39,593 nt of DNA from a virus (lineage: Duplodnaviria; Caudoviricetes): IMG/VR virus record IMGVR_UViG_3300037782_000060, positions 1 to 39,593 of that record; one strand, written 5' to 3'. Under the pieces are notes generated by a model. That model saw only the letters and a list, made by a program, of their open reading frames with translations. It ran no database searches and was not told the DNA's origin. Shown piece by piece: positions 26,148 to 33,998 of this stretch. Numbering within the stretch: the stretch's first letter is position 1; every line of letters begins with the position of its first letter. A program made the position numbers and the translations under genes.

Positions 26148-26654
26148 ATGAATATTTATGAAATGCGCCGCCTAGACCTGATTGATCTCAGGGAGAGCAT
26201 TGGGGTAGGTGCATACAGAAAGATGTCTGATAGAACAGGTATTGATGCTTCATACCTGTCTCGGTGTGCTTATGAAAAAGGCAAGGCCGGTAGAAAAAAC
26301 ATAAGTGACAAAATTGTTGAAGAACTAGATAAAGCTTACCCAGGGTGGCGTAAGAGAGAGCTGACCCAGATAGAGAGACGAACAGGTAGCGCTAAGCTAT
26401 CGCTTTTACACGAAGTAAAAGAACCTTCCGATAGCAACGCATACAATACTGAAGCAACCTCAATACCTTATTATCAGAGTTGTTCACCAGCTGCAAAAAA
26501 GCTAATCGCCCGCATCATCGCTGCCGAAGCAAATCACACCAGCAGCCCTCAACTTATTAGCGCCCTGACACAAATGATGGACGCGGTTATCCCGGAAACA
26601 AGTAATAACGACTACAAGAAACTTATGGACGAGTTTAATGAGCCAGATAGTTAG
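26148..26654 (+). CDS. CI-like prophage repressor (no S24 peptidase domain seen)
   Basis: N-terminal HTH (MSDRTGIDASYLSR..RKNISDK); divergent from cro across the operators; start moved from 26127. Confidence 0.8.
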   Translation: MNIYEMRRLDLIDLRESIGVGAYRKMSDRTGIDASYLSRCAYEKGKAGRKNISDKIVEELDKAYPGWRKRELTQIERRTGSAKLSLLHEVKEPSDSNAYNTEATSIPYYQSCSPAAKKLIARIIAAEANHTSSPQLISALTQMMDAVIPETSNNDYKKLMDEFNEPDS

Positions 26655-27459
26655 CCTGATCGGCAGAAACAGTTACTCAGGCTTTATCAACTGGGCCAGC
26701 AAAGAAGACAAGCACCTCAATGCCGTCCATATTGCCAGGTTCAATCACCCTGACCACGGCAAATGCGAAGCCTATGCAAAAATGTTCCCCTACGAGAACG
26801 GTGCCAACCGGGGGTTAATTAACGAAATAACCGGCTATCTGTTTGCCCATGCCATAGGCATACCGCAGCCTGAAATAGCCTTTGTCGCAGAGATCCCGAC
26901 ATGGAAGCTCGCCAATAAACCCAAATGGCTAAACGGCATCGACTTCTACCCCGCATTCTGCACAAAAAGAATGGACGCCAGAGCCGCAGCGTTCCGCCTG
27001 CCTGACGCCCAAATCCCCAGCCTCATTGCCAGCGTTGACAGGTGGGAACACATCACCCCCACAGTGTGCATGGATGAAAGCGTCTCCAATACAGACAGGC
27101 ACCTCAACAACCTGCTCAAAACGGGCAAAGACCAATATGCCATCATCGACACAGACAGAATCGCCTCCACGGTCACCCACCCGCACTGGACCACCCAGTC
27201 ACTCGACCACGCTGCGCTGTATGAAAATAAACTCTCGCGAATTGTCTGGAACCATCAGCCTAAAAACAAAAACGTCAGCCTCATGCTCTCTCATTCCCCG
27301 GCGATCAGCAGCGCTTTCTCGCAAATTAAAGATGAGATAAACTATTGGACAACTAAACTGCTTGAAAAAGAAGAAAAAGCAGCGTTTACCCAATTCCTTG
27401 CTGCCCGTTCCAATCAGCTCGACCAACTACTAAGGCAGCGTTACAACAGGCTTCTGTAG
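26638..27459 (+). CDS. HipA-like Ser/Thr kinase
   Basis: AYAK (ATP Lys), LINE, NTDRHLNNLL catalytic loop, IIDTD Mg-binding Asp. Confidence 0.88.
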   Translation: MSQIVSLIGRNSYSGFINWASKEDKHLNAVHIARFNHPDHGKCEAYAKMFPYENGANRGLINEITGYLFAHAIGIPQPEIAFVAEIPTWKLANKPKWLNGIDFYPAFCTKRMDARAAAFRLPDAQIPSLIASVDRWEHITPTVCMDESVSNTDRHLNNLLKTGKDQYAIIDTDRIASTVTHPHWTTQSLDHAALYENKLSRIVWNHQPKNKNVSLMLSHSPAISSAFSQIKDEINYWTTKLLEKEEKAAFTQFLAARSNQLDQLLRQRYNRLL

Positions 27460-28362
27460 ATGACGTTTAAAACCTTATTCTCTGGTGCGCCTGATCTTGA
27501 TGCCCCCGCCGTCGTGGGCGAATGGTTTTCTATCAGCATCATTCCTGATCTGGCTACTGATGAAAGACTAAACATCGGTATAGGCCTGGCTCACCAAGAC
27601 CAGCTCAACTTTAAAATTGTCGAAGACCTGCAAGGCTTCAAATGTCTTTATGGCAAAAATGGGCTGGCCAGCATCAAAGACCTCATTCACCTCAGCATTG
27701 AGCACTTTAAAGAATCAGGTAATATCGAAAGCCCCTCAAGCCATATACTGATCGGCGAAAAGCGGCCAGCTGCAGGCAATAGCGTTGATGAAATATTGAA
27801 CGACCTGTTCTATACCATGGTGCCCATCGCCTTTGCACACCATGGTGACAAAATGCTGCAACTCAAAGAGCCAGCCCTTACCGTAGATAACAAACGGCTT
27901 AGGCGAGAAGTATTCAAGCAAATTGAAATGGCCGCTAACGACAACTATCACAAAATCATTCAGCAGCAAGCCGTGATGCTTGATGATAAATCGGGCATCA
28001 CCCACCGACTCGACCTGCCTATTCTGGATAGATACGGCGACCACTTCTCCAAGAGCCTCTATGGCTCCATCGTCTCGGCGCACTATGTCTCTGACGTGCA
28101 TCGGGGTTTTTTCCTCAATGGTGCATCGACATCACTCATCACCGCCAGCTCACTGCTCAGCAACTCACACGGCAGCCTGTTCATCTTGCGACCAGAAGAA
28201 GGCACCCCGGGATACACCGATGAAATGCTGGACATCATTGATGAAGAAATCGACAACACCGCCTGGCCACTGAAAAACCGTTTTGACATAGAAGTACACG
28301 TTGAAAGCTCATCAGAAGCGATTGCCCGAAATGTATTACACATGATCGGCCAGCATCATTAA
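27460..28362 (+). CDS. DUF3037-like protein, kinase partner
   Basis: PDLATDERLNIGI N-terminal motif; ATG abuts the kinase stop; the HipA-like kinase/DUF3037 pairing is a recurring gene pair. Confidence 0.72.
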   Translation: MTFKTLFSGAPDLDAPAVVGEWFSISIIPDLATDERLNIGIGLAHQDQLNFKIVEDLQGFKCLYGKNGLASIKDLIHLSIEHFKESGNIESPSSHILIGEKRPAAGNSVDEILNDLFYTMVPIAFAHHGDKMLQLKEPALTVDNKRLRREVFKQIEMAANDNYHKIIQQQAVMLDDKSGITHRLDLPILDRYGDHFSKSLYGSIVSAHYVSDVHRGFFLNGASTSLITASSLLSNSHGSLFILRPEEGTPGYTDEMLDIIDEEIDNTAWPLKNRFDIEVHVESSSEAIARNVLHMIGQHH

Positions 28363-28373
28363 TACAAAACACA

Positions 28374-28748
28374 ATGCAAGGAGCAAACATGGCAACAGGA
28401 AAAGTCGTCAACATACTCAAATCAAAAACAGAACTAAGTCGGGAAGAGATCGAAGCCCTCACCAACCAGCAAGCATGGGAAATGGTCTACTCACTGCCAT
28501 CAAAGAAACAAAACTATCTCATGGAAGTGTGCTTCACCGGCTTCACACCTTCTGAAAAGGCCGCATTAGTGGCAATGGCTGAGGAAAGCAAAATAAAAGT
28601 CCGCACGAGCGTAACAAAGAACCTCGACTATCTTGTCACCGGTGACGACCCAGGCCCATCAAAGCTGGATAAAGCCGAATCAACCGGAAAAGCCATCATC
28701 ACAGGGAAAGAGTTTGAATCTAAACTCAGAGAATTAAAGGAAGACTGA
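28374..28748 (+). CDS. BRCT domain protein
   Basis: VCFTGF, SVTKNLDYLVTG..PGPSKLDKA, as in the ligase/PolIII-epsilon BRCT; start may be 28389. Confidence 0.88.
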   Translation: MQGANMATGKVVNILKSKTELSREEIEALTNQQAWEMVYSLPSKKQNYLMEVCFTGFTPSEKAALVAMAEESKIKVRTSVTKNLDYLVTGDDPGPSKLDKAESTGKAIITGKEFESKLRELKED

Positions 28749-28749
28749 T

Positions 28750-29184
28750 ATGAAAACCGTTTTTATATTGATCAGCCTGCTGCCTATTTATGCCCATGCC
28801 GGCCAAATATACAAATGCACTGACAAACTCGGCAACACCGCCTTTCAGCAACAACCCTGCAGCCAAAGCCAGGGCAAGGCCGAAGTCATCGACATGCCAT
28901 CCGCCCCTACAACGCAATGGCAACCCACCCCACAACAACCCGAAGACCCCTATGCCCAGGCACTCGAAGACATCCAACGCTCAGAACAGCAAAGACAAGC
29001 AGACTATGACCGACGGATTCAAGAAATAGACCAACAACACTGCCAATACTACAGAGACCAACTCACCGACGTTCAGGAACGCTGGCAAACGCTTAAACGG
29101 CAAGGCTACACCCAACAAGAACGCGACCGCTGGGAAAACCGCATCGCCAGCCGCCAGCGTGATGTTGAGCGTGAATGCCGCTGA
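28750..29184 (+). CDS. Exported DUF4124-like protein
   Basis: Signal peptide ending AHA, IYKCTDKLGNTAFQQQPC, Gln/Arg-rich coiled coil. Confidence 0.8.
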   Translation: MKTVFILISLLPIYAHAGQIYKCTDKLGNTAFQQQPCSQSQGKAEVIDMPSAPTTQWQPTPQQPEDPYAQALEDIQRSEQQRQADYDRRIQEIDQQHCQYYRDQLTDVQERWQTLKRQGYTQQERDRWENRIASRQRDVERECR

Positions 29185-29694
29185 CTACAGCCGCCCCGCC
29201 ATCACATCCACGGCGATTAAAGACTCTGTTTCAGTGTCAAAATCACACTGATAAACCATGTTTGACCAGGCACCGAATCCGTTCTGGAACCGCACCTTAT
29301 CGCCGAAGTAACTGATGATCTTACCGCTCTCATCAAACTTATAACCGCTGAGCGTCACCACCAGGAACCCATCATCCCACTCAACGCCATATTTAGCGCG
29401 GCGCTCAACCTCCCGCTTACATGGCCCGACAGCGTAGCCCATATATTCATCGGCAATGCACTGCCTGGTTGTGCATTGAGGTTCAGGCTCTGACTTCTCC
29501 GCAGTGTTCTGGGTTTCAGCTCCATCCTCACTCCCCGCAGAAAAGAACACCAGAAACACCAGCACAGATAGCGTAGCCGCCAGAAACTTCTCAACGGGCC
29601 GCATCTTCTTTTTTACCTTGGCACCACAATGCGGACAAGTCGCCGCCTTGTCTGACACCTCGTTCCCACACTCATCACAATCAATAATCGCCAC
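29185..29694 (-). CDS. Zinc-ribbon membrane protein
   Basis: CDECGNEVSDKAATCPHCG, one TM helix, periplasmic domain with QNGFGA. Confidence 0.8.
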   Translation of the reverse strand: MAIIDCDECGNEVSDKAATCPHCGAKVKKKMRPVEKFLAATLSVLVFLVFFSAGSEDGAETQNTAEKSEPEPQCTTRQCIADEYMGYAVGPCKREVERRAKYGVEWDDGFLVVTLSGYKFDESGKIISYFGDKVRFQNGFGAWSNMVYQCDFDTETESLIAVDVMAGRL

Positions 29695-29776
29695 TCAAGA
29701 TCCCTCTCAAACATCACTTTTAAAGACCTTAAATATCTCAGTAAGACGACCACTTTTCAATATTATTAAAAAATAA

Positions 29777-29817
29777 TACCCGTGAGTATTGACTTGCTAA
29801 TTACCTTTAGGTACATT
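29777..29817 (+). promoter_or_regulatory. pL promoter with OL operators
   Basis: TTGACT(29789)-17-TACATT(29812); operators TACCCGTGAGTA 29777-29788 and TACCTTTAGGTA 29802-29813 match the OR consensus. Confidence 0.85.
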
Positions 29818-29908
29818 TTATCACGCAGTCAACGAAAACGGCCTCACCCGGCGGAGAAACCAATTAACCAAGTTGTTAAGCCGGATGAGTTTTTGAAATG
29901 GAGTAGTT

Positions 29909-30112
29909 ATGAGCGACAAAGCTTTTTCATTGAACCTCAGAAACAGGCGCGCCTCATTGGGCCTGTCTCAAAAAGCACTTGGTGAAGCGATATCAATTTC
30001 ACGGGTGAGTATTAATCACTACGAGACAGGTAAAAAGCAGCCCTACCCCACGACGCTGAAAAAAATGTGTCGCTTCTTCAAGTGCACATCAACACAGCTT
30101 CTCGGATTTTAG
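29909..30112 (+). CDS. XRE-family HTH regulator
   Basis: LRNRRASLGLSQKALG..ISRVSINHYETGKKQP; GGAG RBS. Confidence 0.88.
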   Translation: MSDKAFSLNLRNRRASLGLSQKALGEAISISRVSINHYETGKKQPYPTTLKKMCRFFKCTSTQLLGF

Positions 30113-30128
30113 GGGTATAGAGACTGAT

Positions 30129-30515
30129 ATGAAAGCGAATGAGGAACAGAAAATAATGCTCGGCAGGTTTTACGCTGTATACCTTGAGCCAATCATCTCC
30201 TCTGGTGAGCGCTTCAATATCGCTGTTGTTGCCGAATGTGAAAGCGCTAAGTCCGTAACCCAAACGCTCTCTGAGGCAAAGATATCCTGCTTGTTTAGCA
30301 ACCGGGCGCCGGAATTTGCAGCACTTGTTAACTCAATCATTAAGAGTCTGCAGGAGCACGTTTACGACAAAGGGTTGTTCGACCAATGGCAGGCACCTTT
30401 TAACGGCATCACAACCAGCAGAACATACAAATGGAAAGGCCGTGACATCGAACAACTGGAACGCCAGGCCATAAGTAGTACAGCGAGCCTTTTTGATGAA
30501 TCGGAGGTCGCTTGA
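30129..30515 (+). CDS. Stand-alone DUF3037-like protein
   Basis: EPIISSGERFNIAVV motif; aligns by eye with the N-terminal ~125 aa of 27460-28362. Confidence 0.7.
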   Translation: MKANEEQKIMLGRFYAVYLEPIISSGERFNIAVVAECESAKSVTQTLSEAKISCLFSNRAPEFAALVNSIIKSLQEHVYDKGLFDQWQAPFNGITTSRTYKWKGRDIEQLERQAISSTASLFDESEVA

Positions 30516-30691
30516 AAACCATCCTCATCAGCACAGGCCAGGAAGTTTACCCACTGCACTACGCAGGCCAGCAGCAATATTGGCCGATCAACTTCTGGCG
30601 CGTGCTTATCCCCACACAAAACGGCAAAGCACGGATCCAATACATCCGTAAAAACCGCCTGCGCCAAATCAAAACCAACGCAGGTAAATAG
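30512..30691 (+). CDS. 59-aa hypothetical protein (not in the ORF track)
   Basis: GGAGG RBS; TTG start overlapping the upstream stop; MKTILISTGQEVYPLHY... Confidence 0.5.
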   Translation: MKTILISTGQEVYPLHYAGQQQYWPINFWRVLIPTQNGKARIQYIRKNRLRQIKTNAGK

Positions 30692-30700
30692 GAGAAAGTC

Positions 30701-30853
30701 ATGCAAGCACACAACACCATCGAATACCGGGGTAACCCGCCAAAAAAGCACCAAATCACACTGGGCGCCGTATTTTTCGGCGCTGGCGCGCTCGGTTTTC
30801 TGGGTGGGCTCGGCACGATCATTATTGTCGTTCTCGCCGGAACGCCAGCTTAG
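30701..30853 (+). CDS. 50-aa membrane protein (not in the ORF track)
   Basis: AGGAG RBS; C-terminal Gly-rich hydrophobic helix. Confidence 0.55.
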   Translation: MQAHNTIEYRGNPPKKHQITLGAVFFGAGALGFLGGLGTIIIVVLAGTPA

Positions 30854-30941
30854 GTCTGCCCGCCATGGTAGATGCCAGCGTCATCATCGCCATCCTGGCA
30901 ATCGCCGCCTGGGCCAGTGACCACTTTTCAGGGCTTATTGC

Positions 30942-31166
30942 ATGAGCTACCAGCAACAACTGGAAAAAACCCGGCAGATAGACATGAGCCTTGCCGTGAT
31001 CGACATCGTCCGTGAACCCGGCGTGCCCATCACCAGCAGAGTCATTGCCGAGATCTGTGGCTGCTCACACACCGCCATACAAGACATAGAAAGGCGCGCC
31101 CTCCAAAAGCTGCGGCAAAAGCTCAGTCATGACCACCCCATCCACCTACACCTAACGGAAGCCTGA
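30942..31166 (+). CDS. Sigma70 region 4-like HTH protein
   Basis: TSRVIAEICGCSHTAIQDIERRALQKLR. Confidence 0.75.
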   Translation: MSYQQQLEKTRQIDMSLAVIDIVREPGVPITSRVIAEICGCSHTAIQDIERRALQKLRQKLSHDHPIHLHLTEA

Positions 31167-31167
31167 T

Positions 31168-31875
31168 ATGTCACAACACAACCCACGCACAGCAGAAATC
31201 GTCATGGCCCACATCTACGGCTGGACCGACGGCAAGCAAAACACCGCCGACATCAAATTCAGCCGCGGCGCGCTTATCTCAGCCGTCAACATGGTGGACG
31301 ACAGCATCAGCATCCTTGTACTCAAAGCCACGCTTGACCACCTGGTAGCCACCAAACACCTCAAAAAGCTTGGCAGGCACATCTATGGCCTCGGCACCGG
31401 TAAAGGCCTCAAGCGCTACCCAGTCAACGACCAAAGCCTGCTACACAAGCCGCACAACCCCGGCTTTAACAACAAAAATAACAAAAACAAACTCGCCCAA
31501 GACGCTGCAGCGCCCACCATCGCCAGCTCAGGCAAAAAAACTAACAAAGCACCCCACGTCACCCTCGGCGACGAAGTGCCGGCAAAAATGCCACCGGGCA
31601 AAATTGTTGAATCAGTTCCGGCGCACACCGTCATTGCGAGCGAAGCGAAGCAACCCAGCCCCAGCGCTGAAAACAACGCCCAGCAGGACAAACACTCAGC
31701 CGTTATCAAACAAGTCGGCCAGCTGCGTCGCTGCCTGAATGGCCGGTTTCAAAACATCGCGTTCAAAACCGTCGTCCTCGAACACCTGGCGGATGCACTC
31801 AAAGAACAATCCCCCGATCTGGCAGAAACCCTGATCGACATCAAAAACGACCTGCAACAAGGAGAAGCAGCATGA
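31168..31875 (+). CDS. Hypothetical protein (possible N-terminal winged helix, basic linker)
   Basis: 235-aa ORF coupled within the early operon. Confidence 0.6.
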   Translation: MSQHNPRTAEIVMAHIYGWTDGKQNTADIKFSRGALISAVNMVDDSISILVLKATLDHLVATKHLKKLGRHIYGLGTGKGLKRYPVNDQSLLHKPHNPGFNNKNNKNKLAQDAAAPTIASSGKKTNKAPHVTLGDEVPAKMPPGKIVESVPAHTVIASEAKQPSPSAENNAQQDKHSAVIKQVGQLRRCLNGRFQNIAFKTVVLEHLADALKEQSPDLAETLIDIKNDLQQGEAA

Positions 31876-32135
31876 GTCGCGTAGACATTACCGCATTCAC
31901 CAAAGGTAAGCCTTTCATTATGCGCGCCAAGACAAGGACCTATACGGACCACTTGGAGCGGCAAAGCGAAATAAGCGTTTTAGACATCGAAGTCAATGGT
32001 TTTGAGGTGACGGTTCACTTTGAATCCGCTCAAGAGTTAATCGCCTTTTGCCAAAAACGAAACATATCCTGCGCCGACATCCGGAGCAGAACCGGTGTTG
32101 AAAGGTACCTCTTAGCAAAAAGGAGCGCCGCATGA
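31872..32135 (+). CDS. Hypothetical protein
   Basis: GGAG RBS; ATGA overlaps on both sides. Confidence 0.6.
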   Translation: MSRVDITAFTKGKPFIMRAKTRTYTDHLERQSEISVLDIEVNGFEVTVHFESAQELIAFCQKRNISCADIRSRTGVERYLLAKRSAA

Positions 32136-32395
32136 ACCACCAACAAGCCATGTCCCAAATGGGTGAAGCACTTGATTATCTCTGTGCCATGTTCCCAGAG
32201 GCAGATAACACCGTTTCCTTCGACATTACCGACTTTGGTGATAACGGTGCCAGGTGCCCATCTTTTGTGGCCATCTCAACCACAGGTGCGGGGTACACAG
32301 AATCCAACACCCCTATGGGCGCAGTAAAGCGGCTGCTCAGCTACAACCGCATCACCACCGTCGAACAATACATCCGCTTAAAGGCAGCACAATAA
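32132..32395 (+). CDS. Hypothetical protein
   Basis: AGGAG RBS; overlapping start/stop. Confidence 0.6.
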   Translation: MNHQQAMSQMGEALDYLCAMFPEADNTVSFDITDFGDNGARCPSFVAISTTGAGYTESNTPMGAVKRLLSYNRITTVEQYIRLKAAQ

Positions 32396-32748
32396 TGCAC
32401 CCCATCTACCCACTAAACAAAAAGCTCGAACTCGACCGGCACAACATCCTCGACCTGCAAAACATCGTCGACGAATGCCAGCGCCTCATCGAGCAAGCCA
32501 ATCTCAAAGCCTGCGGCCACTGCGGCTCTGTCGAACACGTTGAAATCGTCCCCTGGACACACCCAAACCCAGAACACGACGACAACGCCGTTATCACCCA
32601 GTGTCAGCGCTGCCAGATCCAAACCCAACCGCAATACTGGTTCATGAGCTCACCCGCCAGCGCCATCAACGCCCTGCAATCCAGCATCGACTGCTGGAAC
32701 AACCGGCCCGTTGAAAGCCAGCTGCCAAGCATGGAGGCACAGCAATGA
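32395..32748 (+). CDS. Lar-family restriction alleviation-like protein
   Basis: LKACGHCGS...CQRC...WNNR pattern; TAATG coupling (start moved from 32254). Confidence 0.65.
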   Translation: MHPIYPLNKKLELDRHNILDLQNIVDECQRLIEQANLKACGHCGSVEHVEIVPWTHPNPEHDDNAVITQCQRCQIQTQPQYWFMSSPASAINALQSSIDCWNNRPVESQLPSMEAQQ

Positions 32749-33056
32749 CAGCCACACAAACCTGCATCCTCTGCCACGAAGAAAAGCCAATCACCGAATT
32801 TCACGGCTCAGAATGCCACAGCAGCGGCATAGACACCCGATGCAAAAACTGCAAAAACGCCATCACCCGCGACTACAAGCGCCGTAAAAAGCTGGGACTG
32901 GTTCAGGCCAGGACGCCCATGAAAAAACCGTCAGAAGTTCACGTTGAACCCTTCGACCCTGAACTAGAAGAAAGGCGCCACGTTAAAAACCTCATCGCCC
33001 AATTCGGCGAAGAAGGCGCCAGAGCCAAAATCAAACTAGAGGCCTTTGCTACATGA
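32745..33056 (+). CDS. Zinc-finger protein
   Basis: CILCHEEKPITEF....CKNC followed by a basic helix. Confidence 0.65.
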   Translation: MTATQTCILCHEEKPITEFHGSECHSSGIDTRCKNCKNAITRDYKRRKKLGLVQARTPMKKPSEVHVEPFDPELEERRHVKNLIAQFGEEGARAKIKLEAFAT

Positions 33057-33238
33057 TCAACCAAATACCCAACGCGGCCAGTGGGGCAAATAACGCCGCA
33101 GCAGTCAGCAGAGCGCTCCTAGATTAAGACTCTGCAGCAACTGCCGGCCGCTGCCGAGGCAACGGTCAGTGAACCACCACCGGGCACGCACAACGCGGTG
33201 TCTCTGGAACCGTAACCAGAACAAACAACCCGAGGCGT

Positions 33239-33595
33239 CTGCCAGTCCAGGACGCTGGAGCTTTTAAACGAGAGCCGGATACCGACTGGCAGCGGTAGGC
33301 CGGACCCCAAGCAGCCCCTTAACTGGGGTTAAAGAGTGCCAGCGATGCTGGATTGATGAATAGAGGCAAACTCAACCAACACGGAGGGAATAACCATGTA
33401 TCCAACATTCAAAGGCTAAGCGACAGCGTGCCGGGCGCTTAATCCCGGCACGTATTACAGAGCAACCTGGGCTTTTTTTATAAACCAACGCGATTGTGTG
33501 AAAAGTTCGTTGACGCTCAGGTTGTTCTCTAATGCGGTAAACGTCCATCAGGGCAACCAATAACGGGCTGGCAGCGTTCAATCACTGCCACCGCA
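33239..33595 (+). ncRNA. Candidate structured RNA elements
   Basis: Successive stems at 33239-33292, 33427-33452, 33459-33528 and 33533-33595 in a tract without a long sense ORF. Confidence 0.45.
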
Positions 33596-33619
33596 GCTTA
33601 AATGACAAGGAGTAAGGCA

Positions 33620-33985
33620 ATGCAATGCACATTAAAACTAGATGAAGGCCGGATTATGTTGGAGGCGATTTTCAACATAGACAGGGCGAAATTCACCGAC
33701 GAAATGGCAAGGACGATTAACCAGTTTTGGAGTGATTCGGATACAAGGGAGCTGCTTGCGGGATCTCATTTCAATGCCGCATTAAAGCTGATCGGCCAGA
33801 AGTGCTTTGAAGAGATCGCTTTCAATAACTTCAAGACCAAGTCCTGGCTAACAGATCAGTTCGACTGGTCAAAAGGCAACGGAATTGAAGGGTTCCCGTC
33901 TTTTAATGAGGCAGGCTTGGAGCTGGTTGAGATAGACACATGGTTTATTGAAGACGACCTAATTGAACTCGAATTTTCAGAGTAA
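33620..33985 (+). CDS. DUF2528-like phage protein
   Basis: INQFWS, EGFP...GLEL motifs; AAGGAG RBS. Confidence 0.6.
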   Translation: MQCTLKLDEGRIMLEAIFNIDRAKFTDEMARTINQFWSDSDTRELLAGSHFNAALKLIGQKCFEEIAFNNFKTKSWLTDQFDWSKGNGIEGFPSFNEAGLELVEIDTWFIEDDLIELEFSE

Positions 33986-33998
33986 GGCGCTTAAGACA

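Noticed and set aside
33533-33595. Phage tRNA gene
   Set aside because: T-loop-like GTTCAAT is present, but there is no proper D arm, anticodon arm or CCA, and it is too short.
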